The notes: a model not told the origin generated them from the sequence alone. DNA of 64,000 nucleotides from Rhizodiscina lignyota (GCA_010015805.1 ML978121.1:3410001-3474000), one strand, 5' to 3'; counted from the first letter of the stretch, positions 34,257-47,568 are shown. Made by a program: numbers and translations.

Positions 34257-36163
34257 TTACATAGTGTCCATAGAGTCGCCGCCGTTCTGGAAGTTGAAGC
34301 CTCCTTGCTGCTGCTGAGCACCAAAGCCAAATGCATCCTGGCCTTGCTGGGGTGCCAAGTCGTTGATGTCGCCGGCAGCCTCCTCGTCATCAGAGAAGTA
34401 CTTCTCGATGATGTTGTAGGCTTTCATGTAGATCTCCTCGTTGGCATTGTTCTGGCATTCGTGGATCTTCTCCATACCGCCAACTTCTTCGATGAAGAGG
34501 GCATAGCGATTGATCGGGTCGGCATTTCCAGCTTCTGCAGCCTCCTTATCCATCTCACCGACCTTGAGGATATTCTCAAGACCGTCGAGGGCAACCTGGA
34601 TGATCTTGTTGTCTGGACAGGCTAGAAGGTCACACAGCGGCTTGATGGCACCTTGAGATACGAGATAGCGAATTTGCTCCGGCTTCTGCAGACCACCAGA
34701 CGTGGCGTTAGAGATAGCCCAGCAGGCTTCCTTGCGAGTCTTGAAGTCGCCATTCTGGAGAAGGTGGATGAGCGGTGGGATGATATTGGCATCAATCACG
34801 GACTGGATCTGGCTCGAGTTGCCTGCAGTGATGTTGGAGATGGTCCAGCACGCCTCCTTGCGAATGCCATCCTTCGTAGAGCTCAGAAGAGAAAGAAGAG
34901 CCGGAAGGGCGCCGCAATTGATGATCACCTGGGTCTGAACATCATCTCCAGTGACGATATTACCGACAGATCGAAGAGCAGGTGTCTGAACGGAAGTAGA
35001 AGCATGCATCAGCAGCTCCACAAGGCGTCTCGGAATGCCGGCCTCAATGACAGCTTGAATCTTGTCATTGGCGCCATCAGAGAGATAGGAAATGGCCCAG
35101 CAAGCGTCGATAAGGACCTCGTCATCGAGGGAGTAGACCAGCTTCGCCAAGACCGGAAGAGCGGGGGCAATCTGGAGATCGTCAAAGAGCTGTGCTACCG
35201 CCGCTTTTTGAACTTGAACTGCACTTACAGTCTGCCAGTCGGGTTGCGGAGTCTTGCCACGACAGAAGTTGCTGAGAGTCCAGGTGGCATTCCTGAGCAT
35301 GCTCAACTTGCGGCTGTCCCCGAGGAGCGCGAGCAGCGGGCGAAGAGCGCCTTGCTGAAGAACGAAATCGCGACAGGTCGGGCTATCGCCGGCAATGTTT
35401 CCAAGCGCCCACACAGCCTGCTCTCGAACATCTGGCTCGTGGCTGCTAAGCAGCTGCACGAAGATTGGGACGGCACCCGCCTCAATGACCACCTGAGTCT
35501 GCGCTGCAGAACCCGACGCAATGTTTGTGAGGGCCCAGGCAGCCTCGAACTGGACAAGGGTGTGTGGCGAATTTAGGAACTCGACGAAGCGGCTGACAAC
35601 ACCGGTCTCAATTACTCGCTCGATGGGGGGGTTGCGTTCTTTGGAGAGCAGCTTGCGGAACTTCGTGGTCGCTTGGATCTGCTCATCGATTTGGTCGGAG
35701 AAGACGCCTTGCACCATTTGTGGGAGGTCCTCATTGAGCTGCAAGTAGACATAGGGTGAGTAGTTTGAGTATTCCAGGGAACACGAGAGGACTAGTGAAT
35801 TAGGAGACAGCAGATGGGAAAACACTGCGGTGCGCGAAAACACCACGTGAAGCGTGATTTCTCGAGATCAAGTTGATCTCAACAGCAAATACAATGCAAT
35901 AGGGCTGGTGGATATCGAGGGCCACGTACCTGAGCTTCAGTGTTCACGCCCTCGTCGTCACTGTCAGGAGCTGCTCCAAGCGAAGCGCCAGGAGCGTCGC
36001 CATCCCTCGCGATACCTCTGCGCTTGGCCAAATTCTCTTCTCGCTTGGCCTTCCGAATTTCGACCTGCTGCTCCTCACGACGCCTACGAAGCTCGTCCGG
36101 CTTGAAGGTGTTTTTCGCCTTGAAAGTCGTGCGGCGATGCTCGGGGATGTAACGATCAGCCAT
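34257..36163 (-). CDS. SRP1: Importin subunit alpha (karyopherin alpha), 2 introns
   Basis: IBB domain [26 protein letters not shown] and ARM repeats ([54 protein letters not shown]). Confidence 0.97.
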
Positions 36164-37749
36164 GCTGGCGGGTTGGCTTTTTTGACAGTGCAGCTGGTTG
36201 ATGGTTGAATGAAGAATCCGAGAGTCGCGAAGGTGGTAGAAAAAGGAAGTGGTGGGGATGTTTTGAGGTGTTGGTTGTGGGTTTGAGCGTGTAGGACGGA
36301 GGTTCGTGGGGTGGACGTCGCCCAGTGGAGCGTGGAAATTCGCCTGGGCGGCGCTAGTGATGAACCATTACCGCTTTCGGCCGCCAGTGACTCTTAGCGC
36401 GATGGAAAGCTTGCGAGGGCGTGAAGCGCCGCAAACATCATCACAACACCATTGCTGCCTGGAAAATTCACGTTGATTTGTGCCTGCTTGCCTGAAGAAA
36501 TTCTTCAAGCACGTGGGATCCTCCGGCATTCGCGCACTTGCCATGTGACAAACTACTTTCCCACCAGTGAAGCCGTGACGCGTGAGGGCGAGAAGCTCTT
36601 GCACTTCAGGGTAAGTGAGACTATCTCTAAAGCCCGGCGGGACACTATTTGGATTATATATAAATAATATATCCTTGAAGCCCTTGAATTCTCGTTTCTC
36701 TTTTGAGTTTATCTGCATTCTTTTCCGGACCTTCACCCTTGTTGCCAATCAGCTTTGGCCGTAGATGCTCTCCCTTCTCAGGTTCGAGCGACTTGACAAA
36801 TACTTCTCGTATCACTCCTCTCAACATCCCTATACAAATGTCAACTCTTATGGGTATACTTCTGCCGCTCCCTTTTCTCTATGAAACTTGCTATCAAAGT
36901 TATGACGCACCTGCGAGACCAAGCAAAAAGGCTGAAATGTTGGACCTTCTGCGATATATCAAGAGCTTGGGAATCATTCAAGGCGAAGAATGGGCAAGTA
37001 TTTAACACCTCCAAAGACCATTTTGGGGCAGGAGCCGGTCAAGTCGCAGAAGACGGGCCCAGAGAAGATGTCGGCTATATCTGGACCCAACCTTGGAACT
37101 GTGCACAGGAGGTGCCGAAATGGTATTGGTAGGCAAGAAGATAGAAGCGGTATTGTCAATAGTACGGAGGAGGTGGTGAGGAAGACAGATTTGGTGGACC
37201 AGGACGATACTGTGCATGACGAGCCAGGACAACAACGTGTCCGCACCGAGAGAGGGTAACGCTTTGAGGATGACAAATACTCGAACACTGCTATTTAAAC
37301 TTGATCCGAATATCACTTTCCGATCCAGCAATCGCAAGCGCAAAGTCACACTCGAGAAGGACCACGAGGACAGCGAGCTTGATGCTCTGTATGCAATACC
37401 ACTTGCGGCGTGCGCCTCTCATTGATCCAATTCGCTCCGGCTTTCGCCTCCTCGATCTGCGACCGCGTTTCCTCATCCATTGCTTGTCTCAGTGTTATGC
37501 GCCAAAGCCAATGAGCCGCGCTCGGAAGTTGCACCGGGCTTGGGATCTCTTCCACGACTTAAGGCCCACATAGCGAAAAGCTCTTTCGTATCTCTCCATT
37601 CTTTGAGCCGGATTCCACACTCCCTCCCATAGACATCTCGATCTCGCGCCAATCATGGATTCGGGGCTCCAAATTGGTCGTCTCCGGCTACTGCCCTGCA
37701 TGTCCGGATTCCCACTAGCCCTTGCTTCTTGGGCACCCCAAGAGCAGCG

Positions 37750-38200
37750 AGATATAAGTACAGCTTCCAATGGAATAGCGAAGTTGAGGAGAGGATGCTC
37801 GCCAGTCTTGTAGCCAACAAATGGTGATATTTCGCGAAGTCCGCGCGCAGCGTATGAGTGGACTCCACCAATATTTACAGCGATGCTCAGAGAGTATGCG
37901 CGAATAAGTCTTTAATAATTCTGACTTAGTTGGATGGAAGCTGCATAGGCAGGTATAGACAGGCATTTTCAGTGATATCTCGGGGAGATACAGGTGACGA
38001 ATCGTGCTGCCATAGGGTGAAATCCAAGTAGCTAGCCTGATTTGGAAGTGGTGATATCTCATTGATGTCCCCGCGCGGCGTAAGCGGACCCTAGTAATAT
38101 TTAAATCGGTGCTCAAGCAGTCTGCGCGAATAAGTATTTAATTCTCTCCACTTAAGCGAATTGAAGCTCGGACAACACGTAGGAGTTAAGGTTTATGTCG
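37750..38200. repeat. Degenerate tandem duplication with ~226-bp period, 2 copies
   Basis: Anchors TGGTGATAT at 37822 and 38049, and TGCGCGAATAAGT at 37897 and 38123, with collinear AATATTTA, TGCTCA, ACTTA and GAAGCT matches between them. Confidence 0.8.
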
Positions 38201-38608
38201 CGTTTCTATCTATTTAGCTATGTTGTAACGTGGGAAAGGCGGGCATCTCCCGCTCTTCGAGGCAAGCGAGCGCATATCTAAAAGTTCGATCCTATATTCT
38301 TTAGAGTGTATACTACAACTTCCACATTGTTGAAAAGGGTGCATGCTATATAAAAACAGAGTGCATAATTCGTAACTGTCCAGTATCGCACCCTGAAGGC
38401 TTGGTCTAATGTTTTGGCCGCCGTCTATCGCCGTACCGCGACGTACCTACCTAGGTGTAACACGCAATCAACACCACACTCCTAAATGACTTGCTTCAAT
38501 TGACGCGTAAAGCAGCGGTAGAAAGTTTTTCCCTCGTCTTTTTTGCGCTATATAAGTAATCTCTTCTTTGCTCAACCACTCTCTCCACAACAACCTCCAC
38601 CAAACACC

Positions 38609-40679
38609 ATGCCGCCCCCCGCTGGCTATTATGATCTGCAGCGCGTCCAGGACTCGAAAGAGGCCCAGGTCTCGGTAATGGGCGTTGTCGTCTCCTTCGC
38701 CCCGCCCATGAAATCGCAAGGTACCGACCTCACAATGACATTCACACTGCGAGATCCAATGTCATACGACGCGAGTGGTATCCTCCAAGGGTTGAACGTC
38801 CGGTTCTTCAGGCCAAATAAGGACGCATTACCCAAGATTACCGATGTTGGCGACGTAATTTCACTGAGGAAGATGAAAATGACCTCATATAATGGGGTAC
38901 CATTCTTGCTCAGCACCATCAGGACCGAGGCGGTCGTGTTTCCGCGCGACGCGATACCGGACCCTCTCTATATGCCGGTATATAGCACAGGAACGACGAG
39001 GATAGAGCACCGTCTCTCACTTGGAACATACGTGATAACAGTCGCGGAGCAGGTCTACGCGATCGCCCTGCGCGAGTGGACACTCCAAAACCAAGGCATC
39101 TTTCCTCCGAATGTCCCGGCGGCGCCAACAGGACCAGCGGTGGCGCCAACAGGACCAGCGCGCCGAGAGAAGTTTTCATTGCTTCAAGCTGTGGAAGACA
39201 GCAAATTCTATGATGTTGTCGCAGAGGTTGTTAAAGAGTTTCCTACGAGTCTTGGAAAGGACATCTACATCACGGACTACACTCAGAACCCCAAATTCTA
39301 CAATTACCCGGTACCAGACGCCTCGACAGACGATACTCATGGTGTCCCTGGAGACGAATACAATTACATTGGCGCGGCAAAGCGAAACTGGCCAGGTCCT
39401 TTTGGACAGCACGTTCTCTGCGTGACACTGTTCTATCCTCATACAAATGCCAACGTAAAGGTAGATGATATTGTGTACATTCGCAACCTTCACATCAAAT
39501 TGGGCAACAACAGTCAGCACCTTGAAGGTCGTCTTCACCAGGATAAGGGTCGTCCTGAACAAATTGATATCTACAGCATTAACCGTCCGGGTATCAACAA
39601 GATCAACGATTATCGGGCAGGAACCTTGAGGAGCCGCAAGAGTTCTTATTGGGAAAAGCTTGCGGCAGAGGGTTATCAGTGGGCAAAAAGTCAGATGGAC
39701 GAGCATGAAGCAAAGTTTCAGAAGAAGAAGATGGATAAGGCCGAGAAGAAGAGGGAGAAGGCCGAGAAGAAAAGGGAGAGGAAGGAGAAGAAGGCAAGGG
39801 AGGCGAGGGAAAAGGAAGGAAAGCTGGCTCAATACTCAAGCAGAGCAGAAGCAAAGCCGTCCATGGCCACAGAGGGAGCTGTCAATATGGGGACGATGCC
39901 CCTGCGCATTCAAGGCCCGAGCAATCCTCGTGGTAAGTTCACAGCAAGTCATTATTCATGTAACTACTAATGCTCCGAAGTGAAATGTGGCCACCACGAC
40001 AAACCCCTCGTCCGGGTTCACGACATTCTCCACAACCCGAATCGTACCGCTACAGAAAAGGACGGCGAAACATTCGAGTTGCCATTTATCAACATGAATT
40101 GCCGTTCCTTTGTTCGCGTCGTCGACTTCTGGCCACCAGCCATCGAGGATTTTGCCTCATCAATCGACGACCCCGCGTTCAACAATGTCTCGAAACTCAA
40201 CAATAGCAGTCAGATCTCTACCGAGCTTGACATGGAGCTGAGCCAGAGCAACAGGTGGGAGTGGTCCTTCAGGCTCCTTGTCGAAGATGCCCACCCGAAT
40301 CCTGGCGCGACAACCCCGGAATATATGCAATTACTCATTGCTGGAGAGACAGCTGATTATTTGCTTAAGCTGGATGCGGCAGAGTATGTCTTCTTGTTCA
40401 ATGCTCTCTATACCACAATTGGCTAATTTGCGACGCAGTTTGCGGCGTGACAAGGACACGTTGGGCAAGCTTAAGGAGCTCCTCTGGACTCTCTGGGGCG
40501 ACGTCGGAGAACTGAAAGACAAGCACAAGGACCACTTTAACCCGGCCGTGACTCGGCCTTCGAATCTCCCCTTCTACTGCTGCATCCAGGAATACGGAGT
40601 TGTGGATATGCAGTCCCCACTAGTGACGAAGCCGTACAAAAGAATGCATCGGATTGCCTTTACCACCATCAATACTTGA
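38609..40679 (+). CDS. POT1: Telomere single-strand DNA-binding protein Pot1 (OB folds), 2 introns (39933-39980, 40384-40438)
   Basis: OB1 VSVMGVVV...FTLRD...VRFFRP...LPKI...GDVI, POT1PC-like KFYDVVAEVVK...YITDYTQN...WPGPFG, and C-terminal LPFIN...VRVVDFWPPAIEDF...WEWSFRLLVED...LWTLWGD...PFYCCIQEYG. Confidence 0.9.
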
Positions 40680-41113
40680 AGCGAAATTTTGGGATCTCCT
40701 CAATATCTTCCCGATACGAACGAAAGATCCTGTCAAATCCAGTAAAAGTCCCTAGACCGAGTGGACTCCGAAGTCAGATTTGGCTCTCAGCTCAGCCGCC
40801 AATTGACCGGCAGCCTAACCAAAAAGGGGAAACGGCGGATACAGAAGCACGAACCTCAAGCGATGTGCTTAATCACAACCCATCCCACTTTATCGCGTGC
40901 CACCCAGACGCGTTACAGTGGTGTGGTGTGATTGCCAGCGTGTGTTCATTGCTCATTGAAGTTGCGGTGTGTATAAATAGTCAGACTGGTCCACTTACAC
41001 CTTCGATTGTACAATAAAAGCTCTCCATTTCTCCAAAACTGCCTTCAATTGCACCCGCTGTTCCTAGATACCGTCTTCTATCTTTTTGTTCATTGATATA
41101 CTATCCAAAAACG

Positions 41114-41875
41114 ATGCCAAACACAGAGGAACTGCCAATACTCTCCTACGATGAGCTCTACTACGAGCCCCAGCCTCAATCTCGCCTTCTCTCCCTCCCG
41201 ACAGAGATCCGTCTGGAGATATACTATCATCTCCTAATCCTACCATCCGACCTTCCACCCAGCCTCCGAACATTAGCAGGTCGAAACCATCTCTCGTCCT
41301 ACCTCTACAAGCTCTCCTCCTCGTCCTCCGACCATCCAAACCCAGCCGATGCCCTCATCCACCCCCAGATCCTCGCAACCTGCCGCCAATGCTGCGAGGA
41401 AGCGATACCGATCCTCTACAAATGCAACACCTTCACCGCACACCCATCCCTCCTAACCTCCCTGCCCTCGCTGCCACCGCTCCAGAAATCGATAACCAGC
41501 TCGCGCGTCCTGTGCATGATTAGGCGGTGGCACGTACAAGTGCGTCTGGACTGCGACCCGCGCTACTCCCGCGACCAGGTCACGCAGGCGTTCTCGGCCG
41601 CGGAAGAGCTGGAGGTCGAGTGCTGGCAGGCGATGTACGGAGGCGCGGATCCACTAGCTGTGCTGGGCAAGTTCGCGGGAGTCAGGGGAGTGAGACGGGT
41701 GACTGTGAAGGGGAGCATGGGCGCTGATTGGATCAAGAGGATGGAGCAGAGCATGAGGAAGCCGGTTAAGGAGGTCGGAAATGCCAATGTTGAGGAGGGA
41801 GACTGGGGCGTCGTCGAGAGGGAGGTTGTCGGTGGAGGGAGGTGCTACGAGCTCTGGACCAATGGAGGCCGATAG
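41114..41875 (+). CDS. Fungal protein with an N-terminal F-box-like motif
   Basis: Intronless ORF with SRLLSLPTEIRLEIYYHLL, ILATCRQCCEEAIPILYKCNTF, VRLDCDP and GVRGV. Confidence 0.8.
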   Translation: MPNTEELPILSYDELYYEPQPQSRLLSLPTEIRLEIYYHLLILPSDLPPSLRTLAGRNHLSSYLYKLSSSSSDHPNPADALIHPQILATCRQCCEEAIPILYKCNTFTAHPSLLTSLPSLPPLQKSITSSRVLCMIRRWHVQVRLDCDPRYSRDQVTQAFSAAEELEVECWQAMYGGADPLAVLGKFAGVRGVRRVTVKGSMGADWIKRMEQSMRKPVKEVGNANVEEGDWGVVEREVVGGGRCYELWTNGGR

Positions 41876-42247
41876 GCCGTAGCATGCCGGGTTTTTCGCA
41901 AACGTATTCGCGTTGGGGACAAGGGTGGATTCGATACCATAATTAGAGTGTACTTTGCTATTTGTCTTAATTTGATTAGAGCTGTACGATTCATAGAACG
42001 TAATCTAGAGGGTATTGGTGTAGCACAGAAGATGTACAGGAAAGGGAATTGAAGGCACGTGCTTAGAAGAAGAAAAAAGTACACCGAAATGCCGCCAATG
42101 AACTCCTCGCTTTCCTTTATTACCTCCAAAAGGAAGATCTGACGCGCATTCATGCTTACTGCTCCTTCTTTTCCATGGGCCGAATACCGATTCCGTGGCC
42201 CCCGTATGACAGGTCATTAGAGATCCTCACTCATCACCGTATCCGTC

Positions 42248-42923
42248 TCACCCCAGCCATACCACACCGAAGCCGAACGTGCCGAAAAGCACACCTAACA
42301 TATTCCATGTCGGCCTGGTCGCTCCACCGCTCTCTTGTCGCTTCTCCTTGGTGCTCGTCTCGTCTCCGTACCCGATGCTGCCGACGCCAGGGCTTGGCAA
42401 CTGCTGCGGAACCTGCGCGAATGTCTGCGTGTATGTGACAGGAATCCACGTAGGCACCCCATTGACAGCCATTTCCGGCCACTGCGTAGTCACCGTGGGA
42501 TACTGCGTTGGCCCAACGTTCGCGGTTGCTGCGACGCCTTGCGCTGCACCCGTAACGACTTCTCGCTTGCCGATGTCTTCTGGACCAGCGTTGAACGCGA
42601 GATTGATTGGATCTGGGTTGTATGCGCGTGGGATGTTCGGAGCGTGGAGGGCAAATATGGGTGCGGTGGGTTGAGGTTGAGCGGCTCGGAGACTGTAGTA
42701 ATGGTGAGCATACTGGAGCTTCCGCGGACTATGAGATAGAGAAGACGCACTCTAAGTGAGCTTCGTGTGGAGAAAACGCCTCGTTTAATGACGGGTTGGA
42801 GACTGTTGGCTTGGCCGGCGTAGAGAGTGTTGTGGTGGCATCGGAGTCCACCATTATGGCTTCAAGGAAGGATGCCGTGACGGCGGATGGAAGGAGGAGC
42901 ACCGAGAAGAGATTGGCGCGCAT
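42248..42923 (-). CDS. Small secreted/GPI-type cell-surface protein with a KRE1-like motif, one intron (donor at 42750)
   Basis: Signal peptide MRANLFSVLLLPSAVTA, T-rich linker, WIPVTYTQTFAQVPQQLPSPGVGSIGYG (Kre1-type motif), KR dibasic sites and a hydrophobic C-terminus. Confidence 0.7.
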
Positions 42924-44380
42924 CGTGAGCAGGTAGAAGGGTGAGATTGCCCGATGGCTTCCAAACGGCGAGGCGTTGATGCCCGTAATTAGGCCTGCTA
43001 CAAAGCTGTGGTCCTAACTGTGCCTCCTCTTGCAGCGCTGAGTACGAAGGATGTTGCTGTTGAAGAGGGCACTGGTAGACGCAGCCGTTGCTAGAGCGAT
43101 TGCAAACGGCTCGATTCCCTTTCGCTTCTCGTGCCAAACTTGTAAACGCGTAATCCGTGGGGCCGTCGTACAGCTGCTGTGCGCGCACCCGAATGGCGTT
43201 TCGTCTGGGAGTAATTCTCTTCGTCGCCGAGACAACGTATTCTTGTAGGCCGGTGTCGAATTATGTATTCTCGCAGTAGGGACTGGCTGGTTCGTCCAAC
43301 ACCGGGTCAGATTACCGAATTGAAAGGAGCGACTGTGGTTGTTTGTGCATTCAAAGCGACAGGAGGGGCAGCTTCTAGCTGATGAAGACGACGAGCTCTT
43401 GTTCCTCCGATGGACAAACGACTGTGGGATAAACGATAGAAGGAGTGAGGACGCGTAGACAATTCAAATTCCGCTCATCGGCACCCCTTCCACGGACCAC
43501 CTCCCTCAAACAGACGCCCCTTCACATGCCCGATGGAGCTAGGGCGAGGATATGAAGGGTCAGAGGCATGCTTTCTGACGTGGGAATGCTAATTGGCTAA
43601 TTTCTGCACACTGAGGCTCTGCTGCTAATCCTTGTCGGGCAAGGTGCCCGCTGCATCGGTAATTATAACTGGAGGTCCCCTTTAACGTCCTCTGCGGCTC
43701 TGCGGCACTTGAATTGACGACGAAATGCTGCGAAATGTTGAATCGTGCAGAGTTATGAGAGGAATGGCAGACGATTATATATACTTCCTTTGCCATACAC
43801 TAGCCCTGAGCGTCGAGGCGGAGACATTGTCTACATGGCAGATCCAGCCCCTAGATCCCACCACTCAAAGACTGTCAACTCACGGTCGAATGCCATGTAA
43901 ACTATAACGCAAGTCGTGGTTTTCAATAACTCCAGCGTGATTAAATTGATAAATCGAAGCAGGTTCGAGAGCACGAAGAGTGTACACAAGCCGTGGCCAC
44001 CGAGATATTCAACTTCGAAAGGATGAGACCAAGGTGGTGTACAACCACTTTCAGCTCAAAGACAAGCCTTCCTTGTGATCCACGGTACGCTGTCGGCGTC
44101 AACAAAAGTAATAGGCACTAAGAGATGGTGAGCATGTCCCAAGGCGCAGCGTATAATGACTTCCGCACGTGTAAAGCAGCTGCATCATTGGTATTTCGGC
44201 ATCTACCCGACTGGTTACAATTATAGATATAGAGATACCAATTATGGTTTAGCTACCACCTCTGCCTCCGCCGGACAACAGGATGCAAAGTATGTCGGGG
44301 GTATCTGGTTTCAAACCAAGTCCAATTGTCACGTTATTTGATGCCTTGTGCTAGTTACATAATACTTCTGCTGCTTCGCT

Positions 44381-45667
44381 TCACACGCTGCCAAAACCGT
44401 ATTCCAGCAGACCGACAACTAGCAATGCCGCCATTACCAAGTACAGGACGCTGCCGTTCCACACTGGGGGAATGAGATGCGCTCCAGCGCCCTTATGATG
44501 CGTGCCGTTGTTCGACGGGACGTTGGAGCCAGTCGTGTTCGTACCAGGCGGAATGTCACCCTTCGTGAAGAAGAATGTCCTCGCCGTATTGTTGCCAGCG
44601 CTTGGGTCTGGAGCCACAGTCTGGTCAGGAATCTGGCACACGTGATCGATCCTGTCATGTCCGTGGTATTTGCTCAGGCATTGGTCGTTGTAGACTTTCT
44701 GGCGCATCGAATCGGTCGAGTTGAAGTATGCCTTGACATAGCTGACGATCATAACTGCGTCTTCCTTAGGCGGACCGCCGCTCCAGTTCGGGTTGCCGTT
44801 GCTCCAGTGGTTGAGGAAGAGTTGACCAGAGGCTTTGGGAATGTAGTCGGTAATGTCGGAAAGCCATTGACCGTCAGCATAGAATGAGACTCGATTAGGT
44901 GTCCAATCGAAGCGGTATTCATGCACTGCATTGGAAGGTGTGAACGGCAGAGACTTCACAATGAAATCGGGGGTGCCAGCGGCATTGTAGTCTGCAGCGA
45001 CCGACGCGGGTGACTGGAGGACAAGGTTGAGAGGATGATACTCATTCTTGCTTGTCGCATTCGGAGATTGCTGCCACGAAAGATACTCGAGGTCGATCTC
45101 CTGGCTGTCGTTGCGAAACCAGAAGAACGCGCCGCATGTTCCAGGAATGCCGGTCAGCTTGACGCCAATTCTGTATGATCCGTACATCATGTCCGAGCGC
45201 ATGCTAGTAATCTCGCCCATGGGAATAGCGCTGTTAACGGTCTTGCTGCGCACCCAAACCTGCAATCCAGCGTCTCCTCCGAGCACGCTCTCACCGGCCC
45301 AGTCGTATTGATTCTTCATCGGGTTGACAATGACATTAGACCCCATCGCCGCTTTGCCGTACGGACCACGGGCCGCCTTGGGTGTTACGTTGTAGACCTG
45401 CATTGCCCAGCCAGTCTCTTCGCGATTGTTGTAGCTGAGCGCATCTTGGCCGAGGTGAAGGAAGTCGGTTTCTTGAATTTCAGTGAACGATGCATAGCTT
45501 GAGGAGCTGGTCGAGTTTACGGCGTAACCGCATTCGCATATGGCCCGCACTTCAAACTGTTACGAACGTAAAACAATATACTGTAGGTAGAGTGAGAACA
45601 TACCAAAAGGTGTGAGCAGTGATAGAGCAAGCACTGCCGTGCCGAAAATCGAGAGATGAGTTTTCAT
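44381..45667 (-). CDS. Glycoside hydrolase family 16, secreted, probably GPI- or membrane-anchored, one intron (45603-45550)
   Basis: Signal peptide MKTHLSIFGTAVLALSLL, YGSYR, GTCGAFFW, catalytic EIDLE, HEYRFDW, NHWSNG...WSGGPP and a hydrophobic tail. Confidence 0.9.
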
Positions 45668-47568
45668 GATGATGCTATCGCTGGATAGCGAAGATCAAGT
45701 CGACGACCAAAGGCAATGCTTGGCTTCAGAGTTGGTGGAGTTGGTGGAGTTGATCGCGTTGCGGAAGTTGGTTAAAGGTGTTGGAATTTGTAGAATGACT
45801 GGAATCCCAGAGACCTTGAATGAGCGAGCGAGTGTTTGATTCGAAATAGTGAAGTGGTCAAAGGAGTGTTGTCGTGGTGACGGGACGTGTCAAGGGCTGC
45901 AAACACCTGCGTCAGCGAAAAGGAAGGGAAAGAAGAGCTGCGGCGCTTTAGGCAAGTTGGTCGGCCAGATGTTGGATTGTTTATATGGTAGAGCGCATAG
46001 CTGTAATGGGCAAGTGCAACTCGAACCGTGAGGAAACGGCGTGTGCAGCGCGTGGTCGCGTGCGTACTTCATGCGGAAAGAGCAACCACCAAAGGGCTTG
46101 CGAGTAGCTCTCGATGCTCTCCGTCGTGAGCCGTAAAGAAGTTGAGGTTGAACTCCTGTTCAGGCTTGGTGTCGCCGCTGGAAATTAACCTGGAAATTAA
46201 TCTGGAAGAGGCCTGATGTTGCGGGACTCAACACCATCTGTTATGGAAATGGAAATGCACGACATTGTTTCATGCAGGTACCCGTGCACAAAATATATGA
46301 GAATAATTCTCCAGCTTAGATCTTTGCTTTAAAAAATGTTCCCAAAAATAATAATAATTGCAGACAGTGAGGAGCAGTTTGAGCTCCAAAAGAAAAAGAA
46401 AAGCGACGCGAACCCACAGTATATGCACAATGGACGTTCCTGATTTAGGCTAATTCACCGAGCCATACTCACGGAACCAACAAGGTGGTATAAGCCCTGG
46501 TGCCCCCCGCGTATTAGCACCTACGGTTAGGTCAAGCCGTCTTCTTTCTCTGCCGTTAGGATAAGGTGTTCGATTAGGAAGTAAACGCTTTATTATATAT
46601 CCTATAATACTAGTCAGCAATGTGAAGACCCGAACGACAATATCAAGACCCACCACAGCACAGAACACCATGGCTCCAATGCACCTAGCTGAGGCATTCC
46701 GTACTCTCGGGACCTGCACACCGCTTTTGCTGATTTAAAGAGAGCACAATAGAGCATTTCGTACTCAATGGATGAAGTAGACCGTGATAGCGAGACGGTT
46801 GACAAGGCGAGGAACACGTCAATGAGACAACGTAGAAAAGAGATGTCTTAATGGAATAGAGTCTCATTGCTCAGAGACTATTGACGATTCGAGGAGAGCT
46901 CGCCGACTCCAAGTCCAACTCATTGTTACAATCGGAGAACGGCTGAGTAACGGTCGTCATTTGAGAACCAACTCTCTTTCTAATGCATCATCGCCATTGA
47001 ACTAATCGTCGACTCGTCATCTCATTACCAATGCTGTCAGTCGCAGTATCAATCTTCCTCGCCAACCGCCGCCCAAATGTCTCCGGCTCAGCTACCCTCA
47101 GACGCGAGACAACATCGTTTATCTCCCCATCCTCGATCCACAAGACGCATAAGGGATGCCGAATCCAACCAACCCAGTCGCAGACCCCACAAACATATTT
47201 CAGCGCCAACCCCCGTACCCCATACCCATGCCCATGCCCCATCAAGTCCTTCAAAAACGCCGATCTTGACCAACTAAGGAAACCTCCTGAACGTCCTGGA
47301 TTAGGCCGTTGAATGGTAGCAGCGCCCCCCACTGCCGAACTTTAACCTAAAAATCGCTCTTCGCCCCAGAATTAACTCCATTGCTTGCGCGTTCGTTGCT
47401 TTATCGTGGGTGGCGCCTTGGGGACCGTGGGCGAGCAAGATCGTGAAATCGTGAAGAAGTTGTATGGTTGCTGATGCTAGCTGAAAATTGCAAATTGTAA
47501 CATATAAGGTGGAATATACCTGAAACATGAAGAGAGATTTCGCGGTTGCGCGTGTGCGTTCGGGTATC

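Noticed and set aside
8438..40679. DOT1 and POT1 in the same window as a telomere gene cluster
   Set aside because: They are about 28 kb apart with many unrelated genes between them, which is most simply coincidence.
46450..47528. Short ORFs between GH16 and CDC25
   Set aside because: No recognisable motifs and no consistent splice model. They are likely UTR or intergenic sequence.
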